The notes below the pieces were generated by a model, which made no database searches, had not been told where the DNA came from, and saw nothing but the letters and a program-made list of their open reading frames with translations. The position numbers and the translations under genes were made by a program. A stretch of DNA of 28,043 nucleotides from a virus (Duplodnaviria > Caudoviricetes), in the IMG/VR virus record IMGVR_UViG_3300044949_001396, positions 1 to 28,043 of that record; one strand, 5' to 3'. Every line of letters begins with the position of its first letter. The first letter of the stretch is position 1. Shown here one piece after another: positions 8,808-16,842 of the stretch.

Positions 8808-9003
8808 TCTTCTGCTCTCCCTTAACAGCGGCTGTCATGTTGCCGCTGACATACTGTTCGACGGTGGTGTACAAGCTTTCGCATGTTCTGCATTTGCGCC
8901 GGCGGAATGTTTTTCCATCGTGCGAACGCGTCATCACCACCCCGCTTCGCGTGTCGTGACAGTTGGGGCAGTGGATCCCTATTTGATTGTATTTGTCGGG
9001 CAT
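8785..9003 (-). CDS. NrdR N-terminal-like zinc-ribbon protein
   Basis: CPNC...VVMTR...RRRKCRTC...YTTVE. Confidence 0.75.
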   Translation of the reverse strand: MPDKYNQIGIHCPNCHDTRSGVVMTRSHDGKTFRRRKCRTCESLYTTVEQYVSGNMTAAVKGEQKNGSDTAA

Positions 9004-9338
9004 GGCGATGTGTCCTGTTCAGAGAGAGCTTTGCTCGCTATCTCCTGCGCGTAATTCAAACTGTTGGCGTTGAGTATGAGGCCGAGAGCTTCGCGTGCAG
9101 AGCGCCCGCATGACGCGACAAACTCATCTTTGTAGCAATCGCCATCGCCGCAGCGGCAAGCGTATGTTTTCAGCGCGTCCCGCAGCCGCTCGTTCTCAGC
9201 GCGCAGGCGTTCAATCTCGTCGGCGGAGTCATCGTGGCACCGCATCAAGTATTTAATGCGCTCGCGATATTCCTTTTCACTGAGCTTTTGGTCATAGCCA
9301 TTTTCAAATGGATCTGCGCCACACTGTTCGTCGCTCAT
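8979..9338 (-). CDS. Hypothetical coiled-coil protein
   Basis: ADEIERLRAENERLRDAL. ATG 9338 overlaps the upstream stop. Confidence 0.65.
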   Translation of the reverse strand: MSDEQCGADPFENGYDQKLSEKEYRERIKYLMRCHDDSADEIERLRAENERLRDALKTYACRCGDGDCYKDEFVASCGRSAREALGLILNANSLNYAQEIASKALSEQDTSPCPTNTIK

Positions 9339-9667
9339 TTCTTCTTCTCCTCTCCAAGGGCGGCGCGGGCGGTGTTGCACATGATCTGTGGGTTGCAGCC
9401 GGTAGCGTTTCCATCATCCGCTATCTTCTCCAATGCCTCCCGCAGCCGCCCAACCTCCTGCCCCAGCGTAATGATGTCGAGTTGCTGCTTGGCGACGTGT
9501 TCACGAAATCGTTCGGCTTCCGAGCCAACCTCGCGAAGATTGTCCTCCAGCCGATCCGCGTAGTAGCGCAGACCCCGAATTATCTTAGCGGCCTCCCGGC
9601 GCATAGCAAACGCGCCGTCGTAGTTGGTGTCTTCCAGCCGCTCGCAGATGTCTCGGTCGTCAGTCAT
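9335..9667 (-). CDS. Hypothetical coiled-coil protein
   Basis: DICERL...EAAKII...LREALEKIA...ARAAL. GAGGGG RBS. Confidence 0.7.
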   Translation of the reverse strand: MTDDRDICERLEDTNYDGAFAMRREAAKIIRGLRYYADRLEDNLREVGSEAERFREHVAKQQLDIITLGQEVGRLREALEKIADDGNATGCNPQIMCNTARAALGEEKKK

Positions 9668-9716
9668 GGTTTTCCCCCTCGCGTTGCCGGGGCCGAAGCC
9701 CCGGCGAGTTGTCAGA

Positions 9717-10196
9717 TCAGCGAGCCCACGGGGGCGCAGACGATGCCTTCGGCGCGGACGACGCAGCGGCGGCGGCCTTTGGCGCAGACGGCGGGGCAGC
9801 GCCAGCAGACGAGAAGCCGGTCACTTGGTTCTTGTCGCCGTACTGATCGTCCTTCTCGACCTTCAGCTTGATTTTGACGTGGCCGCCAACGAGCTGGTCA
9901 CTGTCAGTCAGTCGCGCGAGGCCAATAGCCTCCATCAGACCGCGAAGCTGCTGGCGACCGATCTCCTCGGCCTTGGGGTTTGCGTTCTCGAAATTGATGT
10001 TCGAGAACACGACGCGCCCCTCGTGCGTCGGCCCGGTGATGTTGTAGCGGATGGCGAAGTAACGCCCCGTGCCGCTCTTGGTCTGCTTGATTTCGACGTT
10101 TCCAATGCTCGCCGTGTACCAGCCAGCCGGGAGCACCTCGTAGCTGCTGGGGGCGGGCATGTCGTCAGTGATAAATGCGGTTCCAAGGTTTGCCAT
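9717..10196 (-). CDS. DUF669-like ssDNA-binding protein
   Basis: YEVLPAGWY...TKSGTG...GRVVF.NIN and C-terminal PPW. Sits in the Sak4 module. Confidence 0.8.
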   Translation of the reverse strand: MANLGTAFITDDMPAPSSYEVLPAGWYTASIGNVEIKQTKSGTGRYFAIRYNITGPTHEGRVVFSNINFENANPKAEEIGRQQLRGLMEAIGLARLTDSDQLVGGHVKIKLKVEKDDQYGDKNQVTGFSSAGAAPPSAPKAAAAASSAPKASSAPPWAR

Positions 10197-10201
10197 GCTT
10201 C

Positions 10202-10582
10202 TTACTCCACAATGGTGATGGTGAATGATGGTCTGCCGGGCGTGGTGGTGATCGCGCCAAGCAGGGGATTGGTTATCGACGGATCCGCAGCGTTCCACGC
10301 CTTGGCGTTGATCTCCGGCTTCCAGCGGAACAGGTTCTGGAGGTGCTCGTACACGCCGTTCTCTATGGCGAGTTCTTGCAACTTCTCAGCGTCAATCTTG
10401 CGATTAAGACGCCCGACAACCTTCACCTTGTAGCCTTCCGACTCGTAGTTCTCTGTGCCGTCGAGAGCCTGAGACACGCGGAGCGCCTCAAGCATCTGGT
10501 CCTCAATCGCGCGGCGCACTTCGATTGCCTCGCGTTCCGCCTCTTTGGCGGCGAGCCACTGGGCGGACAACTCAGCGAGCAT
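10202..10582 (-). CDS. Conserved phage protein of the recombination module
   Basis: Coupled between the ATPase and SSB genes. Motifs FRWKPE and GRPSF. Confidence 0.75.
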   Translation of the reverse strand: MLAELSAQWLAAKEAEREAIEVRRAIEDQMLEALRVSQALDGTENYESEGYKVKVVGRLNRKIDAEKLQELAIENGVYEHLQNLFRWKPEINAKAWNAADPSITNPLLGAITTTPGRPSFTITIVE

Positions 10583-11246
10583 TGTTGATCTTCTCGATGA
10601 TTGCGCCCAGATCCGGGGCCTCCCACGCGGCCAGCTTGCCGCTGCGGTCCTTGGCCTGCCACAGGCCGTCGGTGTCGCACATCAGGGCGCGCTGGGTGGA
10701 TCCTTCCGCATCCTTCTCGACGCGGAGCGCGAGCACCTCATCGAAAAAGTAGGGCAGGCTCTGGCCCACTTTGTTGCCGGGCATCGAGGGCGCATAGAGT
10801 ATGCGCCCCATTTCGTCCTGCGATTTCTCCAGCTTCGCGCTCATGTAGACGTGCTTGCCGGGCAGGTCGCGGAACGCGCGGATCAGATCGCCCATTTGCT
10901 CCTGCATCGCCCCGTAAGCCTGACGCGGATCCTTGGCGATTTTCTTCTCGGCGTTCAGCACCACCTCTGCGATTTCGGAGATGCTGTCGAGGGCAACGCT
11001 CTCGAAGGCCGCACCCTCTTCGCTGACGATGTACGAGTACGCCTGACGAAGGTCGTCAATGGTCGCAATTTCAATGTACGGAACGTCCGCGTCCTGAATG
11101 GACAGCAGGCCGCCCTCTGCCGACAAGACAATCGGATTGGGCAGCGTCGTGATGAGACTGGTCTTGCCAGCGCCTGCCGCCCCGTACACGAGGAGCTTGA
11201 CGCCATTGCGCGAGAGATCGCGAGTGCGCTTGATAGAGACGGCCAT
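10572..11246 (-). CDS. Sak4-like / AAA_24 P-loop ATPase (ssDNA annealing)
   Basis: KLLVYGAAGAGKT, AEGGL, VALDSISE, YFFDEV, AKDRSG. Confidence 0.88.
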   Translation of the reverse strand: MAVSIKRTRDLSRNGVKLLVYGAAGAGKTSLITTLPNPIVLSAEGGLLSIQDADVPYIEIATIDDLRQAYSYIVSEEGAAFESVALDSISEIAEVVLNAEKKIAKDPRQAYGAMQEQMGDLIRAFRDLPGKHVYMSAKLEKSQDEMGRILYAPSMPGNKVGQSLPYFFDEVLALRVEKDAEGSTQRALMCDTDGLWQAKDRSGKLAAWEAPDLGAIIEKINNAR

Positions 11247-11247
11247 G

Positions 11248-11349
11248 TCAGTGGGCTCCCGTCACGCGCGCGATTTCAAACGCGACAGCGAACACAATGG
11301 CCCCAACGCATAGAGGGCCAAAGATGACAAACATTTCAAAAGTGGACAT
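11248..11349 (-). CDS. Small membrane peptide (33 aa)
   Basis: MSTFEMFVIFGPLCVGAIVFAVAFEIARVTGAH. GGAG RBS. Stop lies 1 nt before the ATPase start. Confidence 0.6.
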   Translation of the reverse strand: MSTFEMFVIFGPLCVGAIVFAVAFEIARVTGAH

Positions 11350-11359
11350 TTGGTTTGCT

Positions 11360-11441
11360 CCATCGCCGCTTCGGTTCATTCCGGTTCGGCGATGGGGTTG
11401 ATTAAACCCAACCATTCGTGCATTGTCAAACAATAAATTGT
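11360..11441 (-). promoter_or_regulatory. Leftward promoter with leader hairpin and adjacent palindrome
   Basis: TTGACA (11429-11424)-17-TTTAAT (11406-11401). 9-bp stem 11360-11368/11387-11395. ACAAT-AA-ATTGT at 11430-11441. Confidence 0.7.
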
Positions 11442-11460
11442 GAAACGGGGGCCGAAACAA

Positions 11461-11640
11461 ATGCCACTGGACAAGCTCAGGAAAATCTTGAGCCTTATGA
11501 ACCTGCAAGAGGTTGCGAGGGGCGCGGGCGTCCATCCGAACACGCTGTATCGCCTCGTGGGCGGCAGCGGGGCGAATTACGAGACCGTGCAGAAGATCCT
11601 TGACTACCTGAAAACACAGGGAGTTCGGCTCGATGGTTGA
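11461..11640 (+). CDS. Cro/XRE-like HTH regulator
   Basis: NLQEVARGAGVHPNTLYRL...NYETVQKILDYL. Precedes the primase. Confidence 0.8.
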   Translation: MPLDKLRKILSLMNLQEVARGAGVHPNTLYRLVGGSGANYETVQKILDYLKTQGVRLDG

Positions 11641-13699
11641 TGTTACAAATATATTTGGCGGGCCGCTTACGCTCGCGTCGAAAAGCGAGCCGCCGCCCAT
11701 CGAACATCAGGTCGCCGACGCAATGCAGGCGGCGGGGCTGACGCCGCCCCATCCGATTATCTTCGACGGCAAGCTTCACCGCTTTCGGTCGGGAACTAAG
11801 GGGCAGGGAGGCCACGGCGACCGCAGCGGCTGGTACATTTTGTTCCCTGACGGCGTTCCGGCGGGCAAATTTGGCTGCTGGCGCTCGGGCGTCGAGTGCA
11901 ACTGGCGCGCGGAGATCGGCAGGCAGATCAGCCCCGTCGAGGAGATGGCGCACGCTAGGCGGCTGGCGGAGGCCAAGGCGGCTCGGGACGCCGAACTAGC
12001 AAAGAGCCGGGAGACCGCCGCCAGCACAGTCGATTACATATGGTCTAAGGCCACTCCCGCCAGCGCCGAGCACCCTTATTTGCTGCGCAAGGGCGTCCAG
12101 CCGCATGGGGCAAGGGCGACGGGCGACGGGCGATTGATTGTCCCTCTTTATGGATCAGACGGAAATATTTCTAGCCTGCAATACATCGCCCATGACGGCG
12201 GAAAACTTTACCATGCGGGCGGGGCCACCACCGGAAAATATTGGCAAATCGGGGTCACAGACACGCCCGGGCCAATCTATATCGCCGAGGGGTTTGCGAC
12301 GGCGGCGACTATCCATGAGGCGACTAATCGCCCCTGCATCGTGGCCTACAGCGCGTCCAATCTCGTGCCGGTGACGGGCGAGATCCGGGAGCGGTTCGGG
12401 GCGGGGCAGGAGCTGGTGATCGTGGCAGACAACGATGCCTCCGGCACCGGCCAGAAGTACGCCGATCAGGCGTCGGCAAAGTATGGGGCCCGGGTTGTCA
12501 TGCCCCCGGTCCAAGGGGATGCCAACGACTACGTGCAGGCCGGTCACGACCTACGCGCCCTTCTGGCTCCGGTCGGGTCTGTTGATCCCATTGAGAAGCT
12601 GAAATTGATTTTCGGCGACCAGCTTGGCGAGGAGTACGAGCCGCCCAACGAGCTGGTCGAGGGCCTCCTGACCATGACGAGCCTGACCGTTCTGTATGGG
12701 GACAGCAACTCGGGCAAGACGTTTTTCGCCCTATCGCTGGCTGCTGCGGTGGCGCGGGGAGAGCCCTGCTACGGGCGGAAGGTGGACCCGGGGCTGGTGC
12801 TGTATCTGGCTTCTGAAGCCCCCGGCTCCATCCGGTCCAGAATGCAGGCGCTCAAGAGGTTCTATGGCTGCGACCTGCGGCGTTTGGCGATGGTGCCGGT
12901 GCCGCTGAACTTCTATTCGGGGGACGGGGACGTACTCGACGTGCTCAACGTGGTCAGGGCCATCGAGGATCTGCGCGGGGAGCCCGTCAGGCTCATCATC
13001 GGCGACACGCTGGCCCGCATGTCAGCCGGGGCCAACGAGAACAGCGGCGAGGACATGGGGCCGGTCATGGCGCGCTTTGACCGCCTGTCACAGCAGACCG
13101 GCGCGGCGGTCATGATTATCCATCACAGCGGCAAAGATCAGGCTCGCGGGGCGCGCGGGTGGTCCGGGATCCGGGCGCATATCGACACCGAAATTGAGGT
13201 GACGGAGGCGGAGGACGAGCGCACGGCGAGCGTGACCAAGCAGCGAGAGCTGCCGTCCAAGGGCGCGGACATTCCCTTCAAGCTGGAGATCGTGGAGATG
13301 GGGACAACCAAGTTTGGGGCCCCGGCAACGACCTGCGTGGCGGTCCCGGACGATGCCCCGCGCGCGAAAAAGACGGACAAAAAAGACAGCAAGGTCGAGG
13401 CGAATAGGAAATTATTCGAGCGTGCGTGGTGGTCTGCGGGGGCCGAGGTGAGGGATGAGAGGCCCTACCTGAGCAGGGCCGGGCTCAAGTTTAAACTGAG
13501 GGAGGATGGCATGACCGATGCTATGATTGAGAAGGTTTTAAAGCCCAGCAAAGCTCAAGAATTGATCGGCTCTTTGTTGGCCGCCGACATCATCAAAGCG
13601 ACCGAACATGGGTGGGTGGTTATCGCTGAAGCTCATGCTACAGCGATGTTGTTAAGGTCTAGCGGACCGTCCGGACCGGACCGGACTTTTCCGGACTAG
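11633..13699 (+). CDS. Primase-helicase (TOPRIM + AAA_25/RepA-like SF4 helicase)
   Basis: HPYLLRKG, IAEGFATA, VADND, GDANDY; LYGDSNSGKT, IIGDTLAR, IIHHSGKD, ARGWSG. Confidence 0.92.
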   Translation: MVDVTNIFGGPLTLASKSEPPPIEHQVADAMQAAGLTPPHPIIFDGKLHRFRSGTKGQGGHGDRSGWYILFPDGVPAGKFGCWRSGVECNWRAEIGRQISPVEEMAHARRLAEAKAARDAELAKSRETAASTVDYIWSKATPASAEHPYLLRKGVQPHGARATGDGRLIVPLYGSDGNISSLQYIAHDGGKLYHAGGATTGKYWQIGVTDTPGPIYIAEGFATAATIHEATNRPCIVAYSASNLVPVTGEIRERFGAGQELVIVADNDASGTGQKYADQASAKYGARVVMPPVQGDANDYVQAGHDLRALLAPVGSVDPIEKLKLIFGDQLGEEYEPPNELVEGLLTMTSLTVLYGDSNSGKTFFALSLAAAVARGEPCYGRKVDPGLVLYLASEAPGSIRSRMQALKRFYGCDLRRLAMVPVPLNFYSGDGDVLDVLNVVRAIEDLRGEPVRLIIGDTLARMSAGANENSGEDMGPVMARFDRLSQQTGAAVMIIHHSGKDQARGARGWSGIRAHIDTEIEVTEAEDERTASVTKQRELPSKGADIPFKLEIVEMGTTKFGAPATTCVAVPDDAPRAKKTDKKDSKVEANRKLFERAWWSAGAEVRDERPYLSRAGLKFKLREDGMTDAMIEKVLKPSKAQELIGSLLAADIIKATEHGWVVIAEAHATAMLLRSSGPSGPDRTFPD

Positions 13700-13836
13700 T
13701 CCGGTCTGGGCAAGGCGTCGTTCCCCCCGGACCGGACCGGGCCAGACCGGACGGACTGAGCCGGTACTAATTCTATAAGAATTAGTCCGGTTTGGTCCGG
13801 TCCGCAGTCCGGGGGGGCGATGCGGGCGGTACGGAC
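13663..13836. repeat. Iteron-like CGGAC repeats around an AT-rich palindrome (putative replication origin)
   Basis: About 10 CGGAC and 6 GTCCG copies. Palindromes CCGGACTAGTCCGG (13691-13704) and ACTAATTCT-ATA-AGAATTAGT (13766-13786). Confidence 0.7.
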
Positions 13837-13887
13837 CAAGGATTTTACTTGGGCGAAACAGTAAAAGATGAAAACAGGAGCTGGGCT

Positions 13888-14247
13888 ATGATGAAGGGCA
13901 GAATGGTTTTGGGAAATGCGCCGAGGGGCGGCAAGTGGGGGCGCGAGTGCCGGGTCGTCATCGACGGGAAGCGGTGGCTGATCTGGTCCGAGTCTGAAAA
14001 CATCGGACGCGGTTACGTGAACTTTAAAATCACGGCTGAAGAGCGGGTCCGGGGCTCGGCCAATTACTGGCTGGCGTGGGGGCCGGATGGAATTACGAAG
14101 GCGCGCGATGTGGAGCGGATGAAGGAAAATAACCCTAACCTCTTTGAGGAGGTTAGGGCGGTCATGGAGCGCGTTTACGGGCGAGAGGCGTCACGCCCTA
14201 TCGATGTGCCGCGCGAGCCAGCGCAGGGACAGAGCGCCCTCGTCTAG
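13888..14247 (+). CDS. Hypothetical protein
   Basis: AGGAG RBS at 13876-13880. Globular-looking sequence. Confidence 0.6.
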   Translation: MMKGRMVLGNAPRGGKWGRECRVVIDGKRWLIWSESENIGRGYVNFKITAEERVRGSANYWLAWGPDGITKARDVERMKENNPNLFEEVRAVMERVYGREASRPIDVPREPAQGQSALV

Positions 14248-14400
14248 GGCCATGACGATCAGGGCGACGGGGCGGGGGATGTCCTGCCTGCCCCGGAGCC
14301 AGTTCTGGATGGTCTTGGTGGTCACGCCGCAAATGCGAGCCATGTCGGACTGAAACAGGCCGTGACGCAGGAGGGCGTTTTGGAGTTCTTCGGGCTGCAT
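14191..14400 (-). CDS. XRE-like HTH protein
   Basis: QSDMARICGVTTKTIQNWLRGRQDIP. GAGGAG RBS. Confidence 0.8.
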   Translation of the reverse strand: MQPEELQNALLRHGLFQSDMARICGVTTKTIQNWLRGRQDIPRPVALIVMALDEGALSLRWLARHIDRA

Positions 14401-14417
14401 GCTGGGGTCTCCTCATG

Positions 14418-14459
14418 AAAACGCCGCCAGAGGCCCTAGGAAGGTCGCTGGCGGCTTTT
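14418..14459. terminator. Possible bidirectional terminator
   Basis: GCCGCCAG/CTGGCGGC stem flanked by AAAA and TTTT. Confidence 0.5.
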
Positions 14460-14476
14460 GTGGGGGTGGGGGTGGG

Positions 14477-14701
14477 TTAGATACCCATGCGGTTGTAGAT
14501 GCCGTCTATCCAGCTCTTAACGGTGTCCCTGAGCGCCTCCGGGAGTGTGCCGGGCGAGCGGGAGATGACGGCCATCTCGAAGCTGTACGATTGCGGGTGC
14601 TCGGTGTGATAAACATCAACATCGGCCCGGTCGTCACCCGCCGAGTGGCGGACGTGGTAGGTGTATTCGCGGTGGTGGCCGGAAATGTGGATCTGGGTCA
14701 T
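14477..14701 (-). CDS. Early-region hypothetical protein (alternative start 14713)
   Basis: ORF preceded by the shared ATGGA-N7-ATG leader. Confidence 0.7.
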   Translation of the reverse strand: MTQIHISGHHREYTYHVRHSAGDDRADVDVYHTEHPQSYSFEMAVISRSPGTLPEALRDTVKSWIDGIYNRMGI

Positions 14702-14721
14702 GGTGGGGTCCATCGGGCTGG

Positions 14722-14910
14722 TTAGATATTGTCGGCGAGCAGTTGCTCTAGCGTCTCTGTCGTCCAGACCATTTTGACATCAATGACGTAATGGTCTGTG
14801 CCCGTTTCGGTCTTCAACGCATCACACTTCTCCTTGGCTTCATCAAAATCGTGAGTTCTGTAAGCGGCGGAAAGAGTGTTGTTTTCGCCCTTCGGAATTA
14901 CGTAGAACAT
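14722..14910 (-). CDS. Early-region hypothetical protein (alternative start 14922)
   Basis: Shared leader. Acidic 62-66 aa ORF. Confidence 0.7.
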   Translation of the reverse strand: MFYVIPKGENNTLSAAYRTHDFDEAKEKCDALKTETGTDHYVIDVKMVWTTETLEQLLADNI

Positions 14911-14959
14911 TTTATTTTCCATCAGGTTGGGTGGCGGGGCTTGAGCCCCGCCGGGTTGA

Positions 14960-15238
14960 TTACGCGAGGGTGACCTTCACGAGGGGCTTGTCGCGCAGGG
15001 TCTCGATCAGGAGAACCTTGGTGCAGGCTTCGATTTGCTCGTCGGTCAGGAGAGCCTTGGCAGCCTTGGCGTCGAACGTGCGGCGCTCGGACAGGGACAC
15101 GGTGACGATGGCGCGCTCGCCAACGATGGTCTCAAGGCCGGTGGCCTTGATCTCGGCCTTCACCGCGTCGAACTCTTTGGTGAGGGCGTCGATCTCGTGC
15201 TTGAGGGCGGCGAAGCGGTCGGCGAGGGAAGCGGTCAT
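14960..15238 (-). CDS. Early-region hypothetical coiled-coil protein
   Basis: GGAGATTGAT-ATG leader, own promoter, strongly GC3-biased codons. Confidence 0.8.
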   Translation of the reverse strand: MTASLADRFAALKHEIDALTKEFDAVKAEIKATGLETIVGERAIVTVSLSERRTFDAKAAKALLTDEQIEACTKVLLIETLRDKPLVKVTLA

Positions 15239-15276
15239 ATCAATCTCCATTAGGGTTGCGTCGTTGCGACATGATT

Positions 15277-15305
15277 GTTCTACGCGAAATCTTTTCGCGT
15301 GACAA
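15277..15305 (-). promoter_or_regulatory. Repeated early promoter/operator, copy 1
   Basis: TTGTCA-17-TAGAAC. Perfect inverted repeat ACGCGAAA-TCT-TTTCGCGT at 15282-15300. Confidence 0.75.
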
Positions 15306-15315
15306 CATCTTTTTT

Positions 15316-15582
15316 TCACCGGACCCAATTTAGTCGGATCGCTGCGGCATAGTTCCAGAGCGCGTCGTGCTTGATCGTTCGCCCGTCCTTGACGGCTCCG
15401 GCGTAAATGAGGCCGAACTGGCGGCCCCGCTCGTAGTTCCAGCGTTCGTTGGTCTCGCGGGCCCCGTTGTAGGCGTCGTAGTCCATGGGCAGGCCCTGCC
15501 GGGCCTCTTTGAAGCCGCGCACGAAAGCGGCGGAACGCATGACGGCGCGGAGGGTGGCGGAGCGGGTGGCGACTTGGGTCAT
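15316..15582 (-). CDS. Early-region hypothetical protein
   Basis: Leader identical to that of the 15238 gene. Motifs FVRGFKEAR...YERGRQFG. Confidence 0.8.
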   Translation of the reverse strand: MTQVATRSATLRAVMRSAAFVRGFKEARQGLPMDYDAYNGARETNERWNYERGRQFGLIYAGAVKDGRTIKHDALWNYAAAIRLNWVR

Positions 15583-15593
15583 ATCAATCTCCA

Positions 15594-15842
15594 TTAGGGG
15601 TCGTGCCAAAAAAGATCTTCTGTGTGTCGCGGATAGACGTGGTTGTTTTTCACGCTGCACTTTGGGCAGAGAATGCTGCCGTGCCAGCTTTCGGTGAGGC
15701 GGATCTGGCGGGCGCGGCCAGAATTGGCGACAACCGTCCATTTGCAGTGAAACACGATTGGGGATGCAACCGACTGCTCGCATCCCCGGCAGATGTAGGC
15801 GATGGTCGTAGGGTCTTCGTAGGATCTTTTAGAACGGGACAT
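15594..15842 (-). CDS. Hypothetical zinc-finger-like protein
   Basis: CRGC...CPKC. Overlaps the upstream gene end. Confidence 0.55.
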   Translation of the reverse strand: MSRSKRSYEDPTTIAYICRGCEQSVASPIVFHCKWTVVANSGRARQIRLTESWHGSILCPKCSVKNNHVYPRHTEDLFWHDP

Positions 15843-15981
15843 GCCAGACCTCGCCGCGATCATGCGCGGCCAGCGCGATGGACAGTTGCAGCCGGAGGGC
15901 GTCCACCGGCTCGTCCTGCCACTCGGCCTCCGCGATACGCTCGCGGAGGGCTTTGATGTGGGTGGTGAGGAGGACTGGCAT
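15829..15981 (-). CDS. Small hypothetical protein (50 aa, not in ORF track)
   Basis: MPVLLTTHIKALRERIAEAEW...WHVPF. TGATG overlap with the upstream stop. GGAG RBS. Confidence 0.65.
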   Translation of the reverse strand: MPVLLTTHIKALRERIAEAEWQDEPVDALRLQLSIALAAHDRGEVWHVPF

Positions 15982-16274
15982 CACCACTCCGCGTGCTCAA
16001 CGCAAACTTTGTAGATTAGGTCGCAGAGGCGCTCGTCGGCGAGGACCACTGTGGAGGCAGCCTCAAAGATCGGGTGGCCGAAGCGGTAAACTTGCGTCAC
16101 GCCCTTTGCGTTGGTGGCGGTGACGGATTCGATGTACCAGTTGCCGGTTTCATCGATCTCGATCTGAAGCTCGCCGTTGAACATCACGCCAGCGAGAACA
16201 GAGTCGAGGCACAGTTCCTCGACAGGATAAACGCAGGGGGCGAGGGCGCGGTCGGCGGTGTCGGGGTTGAACAT
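15981..16274 (-). CDS. Early-region hypothetical acidic protein
   Basis: GGAGCCCACC-ATG leader and own promoter. Confidence 0.75.
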   Translation of the reverse strand: MFNPDTADRALAPCVYPVEELCLDSVLAGVMFNGELQIEIDETGNWYIESVTATNAKGVTQVYRFGHPIFEAASTVVLADERLCDLIYKVCVEHAEW

Positions 16275-16311
16275 GGTGGGCTCCATCAGGGTTGGTGTCG
16301 GTGACAGGATT

Positions 16312-16340
16312 GTTCTACACGAAATCTTTTCCGGTGTGAA
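16312..16340 (-). promoter_or_regulatory. Repeated early promoter/operator, copy 2
   Basis: TTCACA-17-TAGAAC. 16308-16331 matches 15273-15296 at 23 of 24 nt. Confidence 0.7.
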
Positions 16341-16359
16341 GGGGCCGGAGCCCCTTTTT

Positions 16360-16704
16360 TTAAAAATTATAGTCGTGGATCCGGTGCGCCCGGCCCTCAA
16401 CGAAACGCACGCCTTGGTGCGACCAGCCCTTCTTGGTCTGGCGGACTTTCGTTATCCAGCCGGGGACGATGCGGGAAAACAGCCACGTCTGTTCAGACTG
16501 GTTTGAGACGTGAGCGCAGAAACCGCCAGCGTGCGCCTTCATCTTGGCTGTCCACTCTGGGTCAGCCTCGACCTCGACGCGGGCGAGGTGGACCGTCTTG
16601 CCAGTCGCGGAGCGGGCGATCTCGACCCACACATGGCTGTCGGAGTACCCGATCTCGGTGAAGTAGGTGTGGTCGGCGGGTAGGTTCTTGATGTTCGTGT
16701 TCAT
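16360..16704 (-). CDS. Early-region hypothetical protein
   Basis: GGAGATTGAA-ATG leader. C-terminal HDYNF. Confidence 0.8.
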   Translation of the reverse strand: MNTNIKNLPADHTYFTEIGYSDSHVWVEIARSATGKTVHLARVEVEADPEWTAKMKAHAGGFCAHVSNQSEQTWLFSRIVPGWITKVRQTKKGWSHQGVRFVEGRAHRIHDYNF

Positions 16705-16738
16705 TTCAATCTCCATCTGTGTGTGTTTCGATGATTTG

Positions 16739-16812
16739 ATTCTACACGAAATCTTTTCGCGTGCAAGCGGGATTTGAGGACAATTTGTCTTTTTTTGAAA
16801 TTCTGATACTCT
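16739..16812. promoter_or_regulatory. Early promoter copy 3 (leftward) back-to-back with the putative late promoter (rightward)
   Basis: Leftward TTGCAC-16-TAGAAT containing CGAAA-TCT-TTTCG. Rightward TTGTCT...TGaTACTCT with GGACA-ATT-TGTCT (16778-16790) over its -35. Confidence 0.65.
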
Positions 16813-16842
16813 GAATGGGCAGGTTCTCAGGGGAGATGTGCT

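Noticed and set aside
15233-16767. Early-region repeats as a CRISPR array or integron attC sites
   Set aside because: Spacing is irregular and gene-sized, the repeats coincide with promoters and RBSs, and no integrase is present.
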